Of a stretch of 64,000 nt of DNA, positions 60,942-64,000 are shown one piece after another. Source of the stretch: a virus (taxonomy: Duplodnaviria; Heunggongvirae; Uroviricota; Caudoviricetes). Location of the stretch: positions 1,489 to 65,488 of IMG/VR virus record IMGVR_UViG_2568526086_000002. One strand, written 5' to 3'. The notes under the pieces are model-generated. The model ran no database searches and was not told the DNA's origin. It saw only the letters and a list, made by a program, of their open reading frames with translations. The position numbers and the translations under genes are program-made. How positions within the stretch are numbered: the first letter of the stretch is position 1; every line of letters begins with the position of its first letter.

Positions 60942-62425
60942 TGGCCAGAAGTTGCGTAACGGACCCACGTTGGCGCGAGCTGGTGGCGCTATATCGTTAT
61001 GACTGGATTGCGGCCGCTGATGTGTTGTTTGGGAAGACACCAACCTGGCAGCAGGATGAGATCATTGAGTCCACGCAGCAGGACGGCAGTTGGACAAGTG
61101 TGACATCCGGCCATGGTACTGGTAAATCGGATATGACGAGTATCATTGCAATACTCTTCATCATGTTTTTCCCCGGCGCTCGCGTCATTCTGGTCGCTAA
61201 CAAAAGACAGCAAGTCCTTGATGGTATTTTCAAATACATAAAGAGCAATTGGGCCACTGCTGTTAGCAGATTCCCGTGGTTGTCGAAGTATTTCATTCTT
61301 ACAGAAACGTCTTTTTTTGAGGTGACTGGCAAGGGTGTTTGGACAATATTGATAAAGTCCTGTCGCCCCGGAAATGAGGAGGCGTTGGCTGGTGAACACG
61401 CCGATCATCTCTTGTATATCATCGACGAAGCGTCGGGTGTGAGTGATAAAGCATTCAGTGTGATAACAGGTGCGCTGACCGGTAAGGATAACCGTATTCT
61501 GCTTCTTTCCCAGCCTACGCGACCTTCAGGCTATTTCTACGATTCACACCACAGACTAGCTATTCGCCCGGGAAATCCTGATGGATTGTTTACTGCGATA
61601 ATACTGAATAGTGAAGAATCTCCGCTTGTAGATGCAAAATTTATACGAGCAAAACTTGCGGAGTATGGCGGTCGTGATAACCCCATGTACATGATCAAAG
61701 TACGTGGTGAATTTCCCAAATCTCAAGATGGCTTTCTTCTTGGTCGTGATGAGGTTGAGCGGGCGACGCGGCGAAAGGTCAAGATTGCCAAAGGATGGGG
61801 CTGGGTTGCATGTGTTGACGTTGCTGGTGGCACAGGACGAGATAAGTCCGTTATTAATATCATGATGGTGTCCGGCCAGCGAAATAAACGCCGTGTAATC
61901 AACTATCGTATGCTGGAATACACAGACGTTACAGAAACGCAGTTAGCCGCCAAGATTTTCGCAGAATGTAACCCAGAACGGTTCCCGAACATAACCATAG
62001 CTATTGATGGCGATGGCTTGGGGAAATCGACGGCTGATCTAATGTACGAACGCTATGGCATTACCGTCCAGCGTATCCGCTGGGGTAAAAAGATGCACAG
62101 CCGTGAAGATAAAAGCCTTTATTTCGATATGCGCGCTTTCGCGAATATTCAGGCGGCAGAAGCTGTAAAATCAGGGCGTATGAGGCTTGATAAGGGGGCT
62201 GCGACTATAGAGGAAGCATCAAAGATACCGGTAGGGATAAATTCCGCAGGTCAATGGAAGGTGATGTCAAAGGAAGATATGAAGAAAAAACTCAACCTGC
62301 ACTCACCGGACCATTGGGATACATATTGTTTCGCTATGTTGGCGAACTATGTTCCCCAGGATGAAGTGCTTAGCGTCGAAGACGAAGCGCAGGTTGATGA
62401 AGCTCTGGCATGGCTTAATGAATAA
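60941..62425 (+). CDS. pacB: Terminase large subunit PacB (494 aa)
   Basis: Walker A 'GHGTGKSD', Walker B '[10 protein letters not shown]', and a C-terminal nuclease domain. Confidence 0.9.
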
Positions 62426-62449
62426 CTCATTAACCATGCCGGATGGAAA

Positions 62450-63301
62450 CTATTGCGCGCTTTCGGGGTTGTCGTTTACTGGCTGCCCCTTCTTAGTTTT
62501 GCGGCTGCGCGTAACTGATGCGGCTGATTTGACCTTTTTCTCTTCGCGAGTGATGGCAATTTGTTTTTTTACATTTTCAATATCTGCCAGGCGATATATT
62601 TTTGCCTGCGGCCAGCGGTCGCAGATGATCGGTTCTATAGAGTCATAAAGGCTAAATTTTGCTTTCTCAAATTCACCGTTGATGATGATTCCATCTCGGA
62701 GAGTTTCATCGCAGATAAACACGCCACATAGCGGCACATGGTAACTAACTGATTTGCCATCATTGTAGTTAGGGCTACTGGAAATGTAATGGACGCGCAG
62801 CATTGTTTCGCTAAAGCCGTGTACGCGCATACGGAATTTTTCATCCTCCGGGTACTGCTTCATTAGCTCTTTTGTTGCTTCCAGGTTCTCTATGTATTTC
62901 GCACTGTGCTCATTGATCCCCGCGCTTTTTTGGATGCGAATGTCCTTATCAATCAGATGAATAATGCGGCCAGCGGTCATGTTGACGCTGTTCACAGCTT
63001 CTGTCTGATAAGTTGTAACCTTACGCACACCGCGAAGGATGTTAGGCACTGGATATAAAATAGTCTTTGGGATATTGAGGTCTGGGTACTGTTCCAGTTC
63101 TCGCGCCATTAAAGTCCATTTATCAATTTCAGCCTGAATGCTGTCCGTTTCTTTGAACGGCAGAACGACAACCGGGCGTACAGGACGACCGTCGCTGGCG
63201 GCATCAACGTGTTGGGCGCGTGCAACAGCTTTTTTTAGAAAGAGATCCCTGAAGCTGACGAACTCCTGGTACAGTTGTTCGCCGTAGACATAATTTATCA
63301 T
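62450..63301 (-). CDS. c1: C1 master repressor of lysogeny (283 aa)
   Basis: 283 aa, convergent with pacB, followed upstream by coi and clustered operator-like sites. Confidence 0.85.
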   Translation of the reverse strand: MINYVYGEQLYQEFVSFRDLFLKKAVARAQHVDAASDGRPVRPVVVLPFKETDSIQAEIDKWTLMARELEQYPDLNIPKTILYPVPNILRGVRKVTTYQTEAVNSVNMTAGRIIHLIDKDIRIQKSAGINEHSAKYIENLEATKELMKQYPEDEKFRMRVHGFSETMLRVHYISSSPNYNDGKSVSYHVPLCGVFICDETLRDGIIINGEFEKAKFSLYDSIEPIICDRWPQAKIYRLADIENVKKQIAITREEKKVKSAASVTRSRKTKKGQPVNDNPESAQ

Positions 63302-63395
63302 TGATCCTCCTCCAGAATTGACATGGCCAACAACTCACAGCGGATTACACTGGGAGTTGTTGGCCACCATTATAGAAGGATCCAACGAAAATAAT

Positions 63396-63413
63396 AGATT
63401 TATTAGTGCATTT
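63396..63413. promoter_or_regulatory. Degenerate C1 operator-like site (TGCACTAATAAAT on the minus strand) between c1 and coi
   Basis: 13/17 match. Position consistent with autoregulatory Op99-type sites. Confidence 0.45.
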
Positions 63414-63621
63414 ATTGTGAGTCTGGCTGGTTAGTGGCCATGAGATATTCGATTGTGTCAGTGAGATCATCCAGGTCGTCTTGGGTGATGCGGTACTCCT
63501 GATTGGATATCTTTGAGTAGTGTTCAGCAATGGCGCGGGCAGCGTCGGTTTCGGCAGGGTCTACAGATAAAGCGTTAGAGCAATGTCTAACGTCGTCGAT
63601 GGTTGGTGGAATGAAAGCCAT
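63412..63621 (-). CDS. coi: Coi, the C1 inactivator (69 aa)
   Basis: 69 aa, immediately upstream of c1 on the same strand. Confidence 0.75.
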   Translation of the reverse strand: MAFIPPTIDDVRHCSNALSVDPAETDAARAIAEHYSKISNQEYRITQDDLDDLTDTIEYLMATNQPDSQ

Positions 63622-63859
63622 AATTATGCCTCACTGTATTGACAACACAGAGCCTGAAGCTCTGACCTACTGTTTCACCCATGATCCATGCTGGGGTAAT
63701 CTAACAACATTGCGCTGTGTGTAAGATGAGCAATGCATAGCTGTAATGCCGTTGTATAAGGTTTCCCTGTTTGCTCATTTCCTTCTGAGCCGCTCTACAA
63801 CGCTGAAGACACATTAAATAGTGAATCCAAAGTCGTATTACGAAACGGCGGCAAAACTA

Positions 63860-63876
63860 TAATTTATTAGAGCAAT
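63860..63876. promoter_or_regulatory. C1 operator (minus orientation, ATTGCTCTAATAAATTT)
   Basis: The reverse complement of 'aaatttattagagcaat' is a 17/17 match. Confidence 0.8.
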
Positions 63877-63942
63877 TGTCAAACAACAATGAAAAACAAT
63901 CCAGTTTTTGGCTGGTGGAGTGGGATTTTTCTCTCAAAATTT

Positions 63943-63959
63943 ATTGCTCTAATAATTCT
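63943..63959. promoter_or_regulatory. C1 operator-like site (ATTGCTCTAATAATTCT) followed by 'cttgattttta'
   Basis: Same variant and flank as the site at 47407. Confidence 0.7.
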
Positions 63960-64000
63960 TGATTTTTATGCGCAGCTGGACGTAAACTCCTCTTCGGACC

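Noticed and set aside
63530-63724. 64-aa plus-strand ORF overlapping coi
   Set aside because: It is antisense to coi and has no start context. The region is better explained by coi plus the upstream operator-rich leader.

Overview
The window is almost entirely the genome of a P1-like temperate phage-plasmid (a myovirus that is maintained as a low-copy plasmid). The gene content and order match the P1 map from the tail-fibre/baseplate end through sit, sim, immI (c4-icd-ant), kilA-repL, genes 22/23, parS-parB-parA, repA, dmt, three tRNAs, ban-dbn, a second baseplate cluster, ppp, pap, hot-humD-phd-doc, lpa, pacAB and c1-coi. I did not run any searches.

Features I can support from the sequence:
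- A 1263-aa tail-injection transglycosylase (Sit) with an SLT motif.
- Tail sheath, tail tube and major head protein genes.
- ParA/ParB with the parS boxes.
- A RepA initiator flanked by two iteron arrays, a DnaA box and a GATC cluster.
- A bifunctional C5-cytosine/Dam methyltransferase (Dmt).
- tRNA-Asn(GTT), tRNA-Thr(TGT) and a CAT-anticodon tRNA (tRNA-Ile2 or tRNA-Met).
- The DnaB-like helicase Ban, a lambda-type Ser/Thr phosphatase, and a theta-subunit homologue (Hot).
- A pre-processed UmuD' homologue (HumD) behind a perfect LexA box.
- The Phd/Doc toxin-antitoxin pair.
- PacA/PacB with the hexanucleotide pac site inside pacA.
- The C1 repressor, Coi, and at least twelve copies of the 17-bp C1 operator (ATTGCTCTAATAAATTT-like).

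Places that depart from the canonical P1 layout, or are otherwise worth a second look:
1. A stand-alone T5orf172 (GIY-YIG-like) gene with its own terminator sits between the incA iterons and the par promoter. This is my best candidate for a new single-gene defence or anti-defence function.
2. About 0.9 kb of non-coding hairpin/repeat units lies between tRNA-Thr and the SPFH operon. These are candidate small RNAs or tRNA-derived elements.
3. A roughly 6-kb lambdoid 'ea-region'-type island lies between upl and hot. It carries Ead/Ea22 and DUF551-like paralogues, two ASCH-domain proteins, an orphan PD-(D/E)xK protein and three tandem overlapping mini-ORFs.
4. A hok/mok-type type I toxin system is present in addition to phd/doc.
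5. A cluster contains two paralogous Rossmann-like 'GSGPS' proteins, the phosphatase and a DxD glycosyltransferase-like gene.
6. Sit contains internal tandem repeats. The tail-assembly gene just upstream of sit has an overlapping reading frame that could be a frameshift product.
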